NCBI GenBank assembly: GCA_004022145.1
Contig: RCNU01000002.1
Reading direction: 5' to 3' (one strand)
Length of the DNA: 64,000 nucleotides
From: Paecilomyces variotii
Taxonomy: Eukaryota
Shown: positions 38,968-50,477 of the stretch, piece after piece
Layout: every line of letters begins with the position of its first letter
Position numbering within the stretch: the stretch's first letter is position 1
Notes under the pieces: model-generated
The model's database searches: none
The model's input: only the letters and a program-made list of their open reading frames with translations
Told to the model about the DNA's origin: nothing
Position numbers and translations under genes: made by a program

Positions 38968-39542
38968 ACAAAAAATGTCTCGAATTTAGAATTTATATCG
39001 TCCATCCATATCATACTATCCTGTTTTATTTTTTATTCATTTTTTTGGTGTCTGAGTGGGACAAAAAAAAGAGTAGAATTATACCTTTTTTCCTTTTTCT
39101 CATTTGAGTTGGATCATCATGTGATGTGATACGATGCGTGGCGTTGCAATAACGATGTTATGTTATGTCGAGCTTGTATTCACTCGCGACTTTTCTACAA
39201 TCTTGGATTATCATAGACAATATGATCAAAGAATCTGGATATGGAGAGAAAGCGAGTCGTATTACTCTTCTCATCCCCTTTTTTTCGGATGAATGTCGAC
39301 AATATTTCGTATTTGGGACTTTTGTAAATGTTCAATAAACATTCTGGGTGAGTCTAGTAATTGGATTCAATAGCTAGCAGTTTATATGCATATCTATCTA
39401 CCAGGTACCTAGAGAGTATGGCCTATCATGAAGACGATACATATCTAGAACAGAATCCATGGAACAAATCAGATGGTATCCAACTGGCTAGCAGAAGGAA
39501 AACACAACCTCTAATCGACCACCCTTCCAAGATCCGGATTAC

Positions 39543-42085
39543 TTAAGGCGTCCTAGCCTCTTCTCCGACACCAGACAAACCCCCTGCCAATCCACTCATT
39601 CGCCGACCCAGAAGATCCTCTTCGCTAGGCAGACTGACCAGGCTCTTGTCCCTCTTGATCGAGGTCTGTAGGCTATCTATACGATCCGACTCACCTTTCG
39701 AGGACAGAGCCAGGGATAGTGAGAACGAGCGTGCTTTATCACGGGCTGTCATGGTCGGTCTGTCACGAGGCTGATCTGCTCCTGCTCCTGCTCCGACTTG
39801 GGGTGTCTTGCTTCTATTGTTGTTGGTGGTGTTTTTGTTGTTATTTTTCTCGAGAGAGATGCTATTGCGTTTCACGCCGTTGGTGCTTGTGCTTGTGCTT
39901 GGTGTGCGCGAATTCTCTTTGACATCCGATGTGAAGTTGGATAGAGAAGATTTGCTTCCGCTAGCGGAGCCGTCTGATTGGGTGATGGGAGTGAATTTGC
40001 CGACTTTGATCTCGAGAGGTCGATCCTCGTCAGCGGAAGAATCACCGGTTAGGGTTCGTCGGTGGTGACGAGGTGTGCTGTCCTCTGAAGTTGGGCCTGG
40101 CTCAAACTTTGATGAAGAGTTTCCACGAAGACTACCGGACCTCGAACAGAGAGAACGCAGGCTGATGGCGGATTGTTTCTGTTCTTTCTCTTCTGCCATG
40201 TCGAAGATGTCCTGTATCCATTTCGCGCATCGGTTGATGTGCTTCCAGCCATCAGGGAAGAAGAGGGCGAATTGAAGGAATCCGTGGGAGATACCGGGAA
40301 TAAGGCTCACTTCGACGTGGTCCTTTTCGTTGAATTCTGCGTGGGATTTTTCCAGGCCCAATTCCTGTCGTTCCCTGAATCGGTGCAGTTTGGCTTGTCT
40401 GAGTCGGCCGGCGAATATGACTGTGTCGTCTACCAAAGGATCACGCTCGCCTGTCAGGAAATATGTCTTTGGGAATCGAGCGAGCAGAGTCTCCGATGCG
40501 AGGACGGGAGAAAGTAGGAAGTCCGTGCTGAAGTCAGGACGATTATAGGGGCCGATATACAGGATGATCATTGCTCGCATCATCTCTGGCGTGAGGATTC
40601 GGTCGTTAAAGTAGGATATCATTGACGAGACAGCCAGACGGGTTCTGATTTGGGTAGGCTGGTTGTCGGCTGCAGCCAAAGCTTGCGATTCGATGTCTTT
40701 TGGTCTTGACTCATCAGACAATATCTTGGATGGACCATCTGCATGGCCGGAGGCCTTGTGTTCGAAGTAATCGCGGATGGGAGGGATTTCGCGTATTTCC
40801 TCATCTGACTGATGAGGTGTGGTTGCTGGGGTGAGCCGTTCGTAGTCTTCGGTCTTCCTCCGAAGGATATTCTCATTCCGTTTTTGAGTGCTCCTGTCCC
40901 GTATCAATGCCATTTGTTCTTCGCTCATCCAGGTCCCTGCATTCATATCGAGCGCAGGGTATATCAGCACCAGACCATCTGGAGGCTGAAGGACTTCTTC
41001 TCCTTGCCATCTGCGAGTGTCCGTGCTGCCGGACTGCAGTATCATCAAGGTTAAGCCTGTCGCCAGATTGCCGCCTGCACTATCCCCAGTGACAACAATA
41101 CGGGGCCGCGTAGCACCGCTGAGCCCTAAACAGCGTCCGCGGGTCATCACAATCATGTGGTAAACATCATAGCACTCATTCAATGCATATGGGTACGGGT
41201 ACTCGGGTGCTTTCTTATAATCAAGGCTGAGGATCGGTAACCCCAGCCTCCCCGCCCAGGCCAAAAGCTTATCATCAGCTGTCCGGGGGTTCATTGCAAC
41301 AAATCCACCTCCAGGTATATCCAGAACAATCTGTTTCTGGCTCCGCAAAGCACTTAGCGGTCCATCAAAGTAAAGCCATGCATTGACTGGTTCCTTGTAG
41401 GATGAGTCCCTAGGACGAGGAATGCGTATTGCGCGAGGAGGGTATTTCGTAAAACGAGGACGCATCAAGTTCGACAGAACAGACAGACACGGCGTGGTGG
41501 CCTTGTTCCAGGCTACGCGCATATGATCTACTGTCAGAGTCGCCCTCACCCTTCGAACTTTCTCATCCGCCTGCTCCGCGGCAATTAGGTAGTATACCGT
41601 AAACACCAGTGATGCAATATCCCGAAGCCACTTTGGCTTGATCTTCATGGCAGTCCAGAACCCAGCGTCCAGTCCCGTCGTGATCCATGTTGCGCGGAAG
41701 TACGAACGAGAATACAGGTTGGCCAAAGGTTCGGGGCATTCCAGGCCAACAAGCTTGGCGAAGTTCCTCGAGACGTAGAGATAAAGGAGTGTGAGGACCA
41801 TCGTCCGCCAGGGTGTCAAGGATCCTAGCCTGGCGGAAATCGATCGAAGACCAGGGGGCCCATGTTTATTACCCCTAAATTGGCGGCGTGTTAGTCGATT
41901 ATTCTCGGAGAAATGAACATGAGGCCCATACTTATAAAGATAGAATGACCAAAACGAAACAACCGCCAAGACCTGGATTTTTCGAAACTGAGTAGACGGT
42001 CTACCCAACACGTGGTCTAGAGGAGTGTCAGAATCAACCAGATATCCATATTTACTGACAAGACAGAGTGGCACGTACCGATCAT
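39543..42085 (-). CDS. Hormone-sensitive-lipase-like alpha/beta hydrolase
   Basis: A 7-nt first exon (ATGATCG) splices to give MIDHVLGRPS. PGGGF oxyanion loop, GDSAG nucleophile, DPLVDD and HGF triad motifs. Confidence 0.9.
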
Positions 42086-42906
42086 CTTCACCACACTCCA
42101 CCAAAGTCTTGGTCAACAAAAGTAGGGAAGTGAAAGAACAATGTATACACTTCTCTACCATGTAAATGAAGTAAGAGTGGAAAGCTGAAATGAGATTGTC
42201 AATAATATGTTCGTCGTAAACAGGTCCCAGGCCTGATAATCATAAGTCTAGAGAGTTATTGAGGACTGCAGACAACGCCATGCTATATGAGCTGACAGAA
42301 CAGTCGGGAAACAGAGGTTGGAAGTATAACAGTGGTAAAGAAGATGCTAAACTGAAACAAATTGCACTTCCTGTTGTAACCTGAATGAAAAGCGTACACG
42401 TGGACAGCAGCAACTGTCAACCAGAGGGAATAATAACAGATAGCAAGTGAAGGTGAAGGTGAACATAATGAACGTGAGATGGCATAATTACTTGTCGCTC
42501 CTTGTCTAACCGAAAGCAACCAGGAAATTGCATGTGAAAGCCCAAGCATGTGAATCATCACGTGGAGAGCGTACCATACCATACTTAGGGCTGACCGGCT
42601 AACCCCAAACAGGCATCTTCCGGGGAAGCGCCAAAAATATATTTGATCCGGAGTTCATCCGGGCAACTTGAATAGTATCAGAATGGCCAGGCAGGTGTCT
42701 CCATGTCCATCATCATAAATCATCAGCTCATTAGGATCTCGTGGGCAATATCTCCACTGTCTCCACACGCGTGTCATGAGAGGAAATGGAGGGAGAAGAG
42801 AGAAAGGCAGGTGGAGGCGGAAAGGTTTGGGTAAATACGGTCGGCGAATCGAATCTAACTAGCATGTACGTTATGGTCGGACCCAATTGATCTATGGAAT
42901 GGAATC

Positions 42907-44490
42907 CTATATCTTCTTGCAGTAGTTCCTGCCATGTTGCACCTGCCAGTCGCACAGCCAGACCTCGAAGATCATGCCCAGGAAACCTGCGATGCAGATA
43001 CCACCCGAGTCACTCACCGTGGTCGCCCCAAGAGAGAATTCACGGTCTTCCTTAGGTACGCGGTCGCTGATTTCCGCGAACGTATTGACATACACCAGTC
43101 CTCCCAGTAGTCCTTCCCAGAAGATGATCACGAAGATGAGGTACACGCTGGGGATAAAGTTGAACAGGGAGTGCAGCGTGAGCAGCGTCAGGTTAGCAAC
43201 TTGCAAAAGCGATGGAAGGTATAGATTGTGGACCCGGAGGAAGGGTGTCGACGATCGAGAGATGAAGACACCAACCTGGTAGATGGCATTGTACGCAGGG
43301 TAAAAGGCGCGGTAGTGCTTGAACGGGGACTTGTCTAGAGGAAAGAGAAGTGTGGGAGAGACTCCCTGGTTGATAGTATATTCGGCAATATAAACAAGTA
43401 GCAATGGAAGCATACTGTAAACATGTTAGCAGAATACACCAACCACACAAGGACAGTGTATATACTCACAATGGAAAGAACAGACTCTTGACTCGTTTGA
43501 GATTGGCCTGGAAGCGGATCCATCCAGACGATGCACCGCCCGTCACCACAACCGGCTTTGGATGTCCACCAGGCGATCCCAGAAGTCCGTCATGTTCCTG
43601 GTAACTGGCAGGCGCATCCTCTTCGCCTATATCCCTCTCCTCAGCTTCGTTATCTCTCACCGATACGGCCTGGTAGTCATGACCAGCTTTGGGTGCGTAA
43701 CGCAGAGGGTCTCGAGGCAATATTGCAAAGAAACTCATCACCATAACCGCAGGGAGACATGCCGAGGCCAAGATAGTAGCCTTGACGCTGAAACCTAGCG
43801 ATGTCGTCGCAAGCGCATATGCCCCAGCACCGACCAGGCCTGCTGCACCCGTACCACTTCCCCATGCCGCAAGACTGAATGGACCATAGAAATGTGTCAA
43901 TCCGAGAAAGCTCAGCTCTCCACCACCGCTCGATAAGCTGGCCAAGATGACGCCCGCCAGTTTGGTCGTGATCGTCCCTCCGTCCGTGTAGGCAGGGGTC
44001 AACGCGATCAGGAGCATACCCACGGCAGAGAGCCCGACGAAGATCACGATCCGCACCGGGTATGGGACGACATGTATGAAATACGGCGCTATCAGCTTCG
44101 TCCCAAACGACGGAATGACATCTGCGAGAAGCACTACGCCCTTGGGGACGTTGGGACCGACAAGGTCCAACGCCGCAGAAAGGATAATCACGTAGAGAAC
44201 ATTATTTATCAGGCCTATTGTTCATCCACGATTCAACAATTAGCATCTGTCTACTTGTGCTGATCTGATGCAGCAATCGGTGACGAAGCACACGCGACCA
44301 GGGAGTCGGACTCACCAAACAACCAGAATGCAATGCACACCCTGGGGTCTGCACCGTGGAATAGCAGCTTGAATCTCTCGCGATATCTGGCCCAGGAAGA
44401 GCCCGGCGTCCCAGGCAAGGATAGCATCGATGTGCTATCGGTCTGGGATGAGGATAGCACCGATATGCTATCGGTCTGGGATGAAGGCAT
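42907..44490 (-). CDS. BTN1: Battenin/CLN3 family vacuolar membrane protein
   Basis: [55 protein letters not shown] and [14 protein letters not shown]. The start could be 44490 or 44427. Confidence 0.95.
44420..44485. repeat. 33-bp tandem duplication at the BTN1 start
   Basis: gatagcatcgatgtgctatcggtctgggatgag / gatagcaccgatatgctatcggtctgggatgaa. Confidence 0.9.
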
Positions 44491-44874
44491 AACCTAGCGG
44501 GAAGCGATCGCGGACAGAGAAGTGTAGCGGCTAAGATATCGGACTATGGTCGGCGGTCTGCGACTCTAGTAGTAGTTGTAGTATTGAGACTCTAACGGAT
44601 GTCCTAAACGGGATTACTAACCTAATACAGTAATAATCGGCAAAGTCTTTGACATTTCCAATTCTGAAATCATTTGATGCTTTTTTTCCTTTTGAAGATT
44701 GAAAGAGAAAACGAGAAAAATCATTGATCTATTATAGTTGAATATTCAGTAAATTTTTGGAGAGTAAGACTGACAACATAGGACAAGTCTATGGTATAGC
44801 AAGTGGAAGAAGGTACTAAGCTACGGTAAATTGAAGGTTATATGATTTGTTTGTTGTAAACTGCATCGAGATTA

Positions 44875-45227
44875 GAGGATTTTAGCAGTCGCCCCACAGG
44901 GGACTACAACATAAGAATTCTGCGGGCAGAAAGTCTTAATTGGGATGTCACATGATTTTAAATACAGTAACCTAAATACAGTATAAATATTAATAAGCAA
45001 CAATTTCAAACAAGTGTTATTTGTGTGATGTCGGGATGTGCCGCGCTTTACCTAATTAGGGCGAGTTGGACTTGAGCCAGGTGGCTCGTACTACGAGCCA
45101 CCTGGATCGTAATACAAGACTAAAAAATACGCTAATCAGACCGCCTACCTTTTATAATTGCTAAGGGTGTCTCAATGAGGAAAATCCCTTATGTTGTAGT
45201 CCCCCGTGGGGCTTTGCTAAAATCCTC
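44875..45227. mobile_element. MITE (~353 bp) with ~40-bp terminal inverted repeats and TA flanks (Tc1/mariner-type signature)
   Basis: Left end GAGGATTTTAGCAGTCGCCCCACAGGGGACTACAACATAAG (44875-44915). Right end reverse complement GAGGATTTTAGCAAAGCCCCACGGGGGACTACAACATAAG (45227-45188). TA at 44873-74 and 45228-29. No long ORF inside. Confidence 0.8.
45077..45105. repeat. Perfect 14-bp inverted repeat with 1-nt spacer inside the MITE
   Basis: CCAGGTGGCTCGTA-C-TACGAGCCACCTGG. Confidence 0.95.
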
Positions 45228-45329
45228 TATTGATTTGAGACTGATCGAATTGAATGCTATCTAGTTAATAAAGATCCCAAGGGGTATCTCCCCGACAAAG
45301 CCATAAAGCACATAATAACCAGTTGGGAA

Positions 45330-45412
45330 TCAGTTCTCATCATTGTCCTCATCACTGGCAAAATAGAGAGTTAAAAATTCGCAATTGGTGGCACTGTCCG
45401 AACAACAATCTA
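45330..45412 (-). pseudogene. Second, truncated copy of the Cys-rich exon
   Basis: TAG acceptor, then (D)CCSDSATNCEFLTLYFASDEDNDEN*. Aligns with the 45947 exon at a 538-bp offset. Confidence 0.45.
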
Positions 45413-45705
45413 ATTGATTCCGAACCAGCTAATAAATAAAAAAGATCCCCAGGAAAGCCCAAAGGACAGAGGAACCATTTAAGAATCACATGAAAACCAT
45501 TCAGGAACCACATAAAACTATATGGCAAGCACTAGAAACCACTTAAAAACCAGATAAAAACCATAGGAACCACAAAACCAGATAGAGATCATTTGGAAAC
45601 CAAGATCTAACCACAAGAGCATCAATCAGACTCAGCCCTGCGAAACTCTGCAGCGTTCCTCGAAACCGAACTTGTGGAATTTCCTCAGAACTGTCGAGGT
45701 CTTCT

Positions 45706-46083
45706 CTAGTCGAGGACAGACCTGGTGGGGGTAAGATGAATGATGGTATATCTAAGAGGGCGAATTGAGGTGATGTCTTGATTAACCACTCGTCGAATAA
45801 GATATCTATCGGTCGGTTCAGCAACACGACTCGAAAAACCATTTTGGAATTGATAGTCGAGAAGGACCATCTCTGGAGCCCCTTCTTCATCGCTTGTGAA
45901 GTAGAGCTCCCAAAATTCACAATTCTTGGCCCTGCTGGAACAGCAATCTGATCGATTCAGAACCAGTTAATAATAACCACTCAAAAACCAATGGTGATTA
46001 CTAAAAACGGGGTTTAACTTGCCTTTGCCTTTCCCTGCTTGAGTGCAGGTCCCACATGGCGGGTTACGTCCAGCTTCTCTCAT
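45706..46083 (-). CDS. Putative 100-aa Cys-rich protein (CxxC...CC-x6-C), or a fragment of a larger repeat-domain gene
   Basis: Exons 46083-46023 and 45947-45706 joined by a GC-AG intron give MREAGRNPPCGTCTQAGKGKDCCSSRAKNCEFWELYFTSDEEG...; a diverged second copy lies at 45409-45330. Confidence 0.4.
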
Positions 46084-46551
46084 GGTGCTCCTGGCCAAAC
46101 GTGTGTCGATCTAACTAATCCTTAACCGAGTGTAAATCAAGTGTGAGGGATCAACTAGCTGATGTTGACTAAGATATAGTATACCGCTCTCGTATCTAAG
46201 AATAAATCAACCCAAAGCCAGTCTCTCAAAGGTGGTCGTCCCTGGCGCACAGCAGGTTCTACCTGACAAGATGGGCACAAAGGGTGCTCTATGAACTCAA
46301 TCTTGGACAATTGAGAGGCATATATATCAGATCCGGTGCCTTGATCAGCAGCATCGAGGCTCGTAAGTACGGTCTTCTGGTGGCCATGGGGAGATGGACA
46401 CAAAGAGGAAGGGACGGGATGGAGACAGGTGCGACGATTGCTCCGGCGATCGCTCTGCTGAAGAAACAATATCAAATCCTCCCCCCTTCGCTGAAAACTG
46501 GTCGTTACCACCGCAATCATTGTCTTCACTGCTCTTATAGTCATATTTAAC

Positions 46552-46733
46552 ATCTGCGGCTCCACAGATTGCTGCAACCTATTGAGAAGCCATTGCATAT
46601 CTAAGAGATCCCAACTGGGAAGGGAGCAGGTCTCTGGGTCTTCCGTTGTTATCAAGATCTCATCTCCTGATTTGAGAAGCTTAGTAGTCTCATGGTTCCA
46701 CGACTGGGCATACCCTGGCCCTTGGTCCTGGCC
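46552..46733 (-). pseudogene. C-terminal piece of a fungal HNH_2-domain gene (frameshifted)
   Basis: WNHETTKLLKSGDEILITTEDPETCSLPSWDLLDMQWLLNR, then VAAICGAAD in another frame. This matches the SGD.I...T.DP...LPS..LL.MQW.L.R..A..GAA tail of this family. Confidence 0.65.
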
Positions 46734-47749
46734 CTTTAATAAGGGCGGGTCGCAACGAGGTGATGAGGCTGCTCTTCCAACAATGTGAACGACGGGCGTT
46801 CCGCGACTCTAAAGAAGGTCTTCATCTGCTGTTTCACTACAGCCAGCATTGTCTTATTCGCCGCCTTTAAGACCTCTCTGGCGTCTCCGACTTGCACATC
46901 TTCCCTTACCCCTATGATTCCAGCCAAAAGGCGCACATGGGGCTCACAGATCTCACGGAGCTTCCTTGGCTTCAACCAGTGTAGCACTTCCTCCACATCT
47001 CTTTCCGTCATCGACTGCCCACTGATCCAGGTCCACTCGTCTGATTCTTCTTTGTTTGTAGAGAAGTTAGAAAAATCTGACTATAAGACACTTCTGATCT
47101 TCCGATATTGCCATAGGTTTCAGAGCAAAATACCTATAATTATGGCACCAATGTGCACTAGGGGATTAGCATAAGAGGTTATAACAGATATCTATATACC
47201 AGAAGACCCGTTGAAATAGGCATGCCCTCAGAAACGATTTACTGAGATGACACGGAGTGACTGCCTTCAATCTCGCTTCGATCAGGTGTATCAATTTTGA
47301 TCGAGCGAATGAGGTAACAGAATCGCCTCGATATCAGATAACCCTTCGGGAGATCCCGCTGAATGCTATGTATCGACAGACTTCTTGACCAAAAACTCTG
47401 CAAGATGTACGTCTTGAGCTGCGGCCCCGTATCTTACAGGGCCGGCAGGCATGGCAGCTAAAACTGTAAGGATCTATTTTTAAATTAGAAAGCCCTAGAT
47501 ATATTATAAAGGCCATGGCTAATTTCCATACCTCTTCAGCGGAATACTCGCATGCTCTTCTTAAATTGATTCGACCGTTAAATCCTACAAGGACGGTTTC
47601 CGTTTGGGCCATGGCTGTCTTTTTCCTGAACAGAGAGCAAAAGCGAACAGAAGACGTTTTTGCGAACCTTTGCGAAGTAAGGGCACTGTGTTAAGTAGTG
47701 GTAAAAGGTCAAGGAAGATGTGGTGAAACCATAGGGATTGGCGATTTAA

Positions 47750-48615
47750 AACTCTGCAAGTTCAGTTATGGAATGATGGCGTAAGGACCAAGGATAAATA
47801 TGGCCGATATCGTGTGTATATTCTCCTGTCAAGACACACCGGCTCTTGTCTCTTTCCTCACACTGTAACTGAATATGAGGTGCTGAACTATTCTACCACC
47901 AAGGTTTATGAAAGGACTTACCATATCTTGAACTTTGCCGGAACGGTACTTAGGGCTACTCTGTTGTAATTCATCCAACTTTCTCTTTGTAGGGCCTCCG
48001 CTAGAAGCAGATTTCTGCGAAGATTGCGGAGATCCAGATGGATTCTCTAGCCTCTGTTGCAGGCGAAGGTAAAGACATCGATAAATCTATCTTTAATGAG
48101 TTGTTGTTGCAGATTTTGTGCAGTAGTGTCGCAACCAATTATATGAAGTAGAATGTGATCGAATGCACTTTGCTTTAGATAATCTGGGTCAAACCCGAGT
48201 CGTCGGTATAGACTGGCTGCGATCTTTTTGCAACCCTGTATATCATCAGTAGGTATTTTTATAGGGATAGACAGTAATAGATCTGAGGATATACATTTCG
48301 CCATGAATTTCCATGCATTGTCAAAAGTGATGAGCTTCTGGTAGAGCCGCGGATATCAGTTATATAGAGGCTGCGCAACGGATCAAAAGGTCCCCTGGAA
48401 GGCGCTGGTGCAGTTTGTCTTGGATGTATTCTATAATTTCAAAAGAAAATTTTATTAAAATCAATAGGAATAAAGATATATTTATAAATGTCCGAAAATT
48501 TCTAATTGCTCAGTACAAGATAGCCATAGATAAGCCCAGGTGGTTGGCGGTATCGTTAAGCCAGTATATTGTCCAAGAGAACTGAGCAGTCTCTTTCGCC
48601 TCTCATCCTTGGACT
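47750..48615 (-). pseudogene. N-terminal piece of a fungal HNH_2-domain gene
   Basis: ERRKRLL...PPTTWAYLWL (~48600-48520). After a GTAAGT...CAG intron comes CEERDKSRCVLTGEYTHDIGHIYPWSL (47862-47780). Stops are present. Confidence 0.65.
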
Positions 48616-50477
48616 TATTTTGTGATATAAAAAGCCTCGCGAACTTCTGCGGAAGTTGGTTTCTCGGGAAAAAGAAAGAATAAGAGATGGAATGTCTAGG
48701 ATATACGACTAGGCGGCTGGATAGTCAGAATAATATATAAGTAGAGCATTAACTACTAACGTACTCTAGATATAGGTGAATAGGCCATCATCATTCACAG
48801 GCAGATGCAAGCAAGCTGGACATAGATTATCACCAATATATCATCAGAAGTAGTTATGATGCTCGCGACTAGGTTCTGGCGAGCACCAATAGCACCAATA
48901 TAAGACGACAAAGATGGAACGAACCATAGTGCAGCCAATGTTAGATGGGGATGAAGGGTAAAGACGGGTTTATGATGAAATACGGAGCAGGATGAAATGA
49001 GTCTGGTTCTGGATGGCGGGCAGCTAGTCTCGACACCAACGTGGAAGCCCCACGATACGGTGAAACACGAGCAGGGAAGAAGGTGACGACGTATAAACGC
49101 CTGATGTTGTGAACGGAGGCTTAAATAAACAATAGAAGGCTATCGTTTCGATGAGGTTGGACATCACAAGATCAAGGTATTGGAGGTGGAAGAGAGTAGT
49201 TAAGTGGGGGATTAACTCCGCAGCTGATATGCACTGATATACGGCGCATCGCAGGTACCATTGATGCAGTATACCCCGCCATATCACCTCGTCAGGCTCG
49301 TCTACACCTTGTACCTCGGTCCTCAATCTTGATAGGATCCTAAGATGCACCAGTGCCATAGATATAATTGATAACAACAATAATTGCTGGAGTTCTACAG
49401 AGTAAAGGTGTGCAGTATCCATAGCAGTTGGTCACGTGAGATATCACATGATCCCTTGCCGCACCCCTGGCGCTAAGCCTAGTATGTAGTTGATACGGCA
49501 TGACCTCGGGACTGCCATGACGGGAGGTGCGATATCTCTCTCCGTACAGCGCGATATAGTGTGCGCCGTACAAAGTTACTGCTACATATTTTATACTACC
49601 GAAAGAAATACTGGTTTCTAGATATGCACTCCCTATTAAATGTATAGGAACCCTCCTTTGATATGATAAGGAATTCGGATTCATCCATTTTGGAGGCTTG
49701 ACATTGTCTTTGGTTCAATTGTTATGCATCAATGACGTGCGAGACACAGTTGAACCCGCCAAGAACAGCATTGAATTCATGTTCCAGGAGCTAAGACGGA
49801 GAGCGTAAACACTAACGAGCCAAAGCATGAATGGAAAAAAGACCATTCGGTACTGGGCAGTCCTGGTAATCAAGGCTGCAGAACAAGCACACCTAGACTG
49901 GTGGAGAGTTAAGTAAATACGGCCTCGGACAATGTGCTGAAGATCGAAAGGAGCTCTGACCGAATGCGGGTCTAAGACTCTAATGTCTCATGCTTTATCT
50001 TCTTGGCGATGCTTTTATTCTCTTGGCAAGCAGACCAAGGGATATGAAGCAGACAGCACGCAAGCACCCAGGGCCGTTTGGGGGCTTGTCATTAGGGGAG
50101 AGCCCGGAGAGGCACCACCAGCCGTGATTTAGTGGCGGTATTGCGTGCGCCCGCTGGTCGTCAGCGACATCTCACTAAACTCAAAAGGATGAGCGCAGAT
50201 CACCATCGCGCCATACTAGGCCCGGTTTTCGAGCGGATGCTCTACTCGAGTAATGGCTGTGTTTTGGGGGCCGATGGGATATTATATGGTCGCTCGCTCG
50301 TGCACCTTTTCTTCCTTTTGCTCCTGAGCTTAGAGGGTGTCTCGTGTCGTCGGTTTCGATTACATTGCATTGCACCAGACCTGTCGCTCGTTGGTGTCGA
50401 CCATTTGGGGCCCGCTTATATACTCTTAGGGCATGCTTGCCTAGAGAAGTAATAGGTAAACCAGCGACTGCGTCAAG

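Noticed and set aside
45543..45920. 125-aa ORF as a gene or HNH fragment
   Set aside because: Non-ATG start and no firm motif; the duplicated, conserved signal is in a different frame.
48800..49700. Possible coding remnants (ORFs 49024-49422 and 49340-49684)
   Set aside because: No recognisable domain or consistent exon structure.
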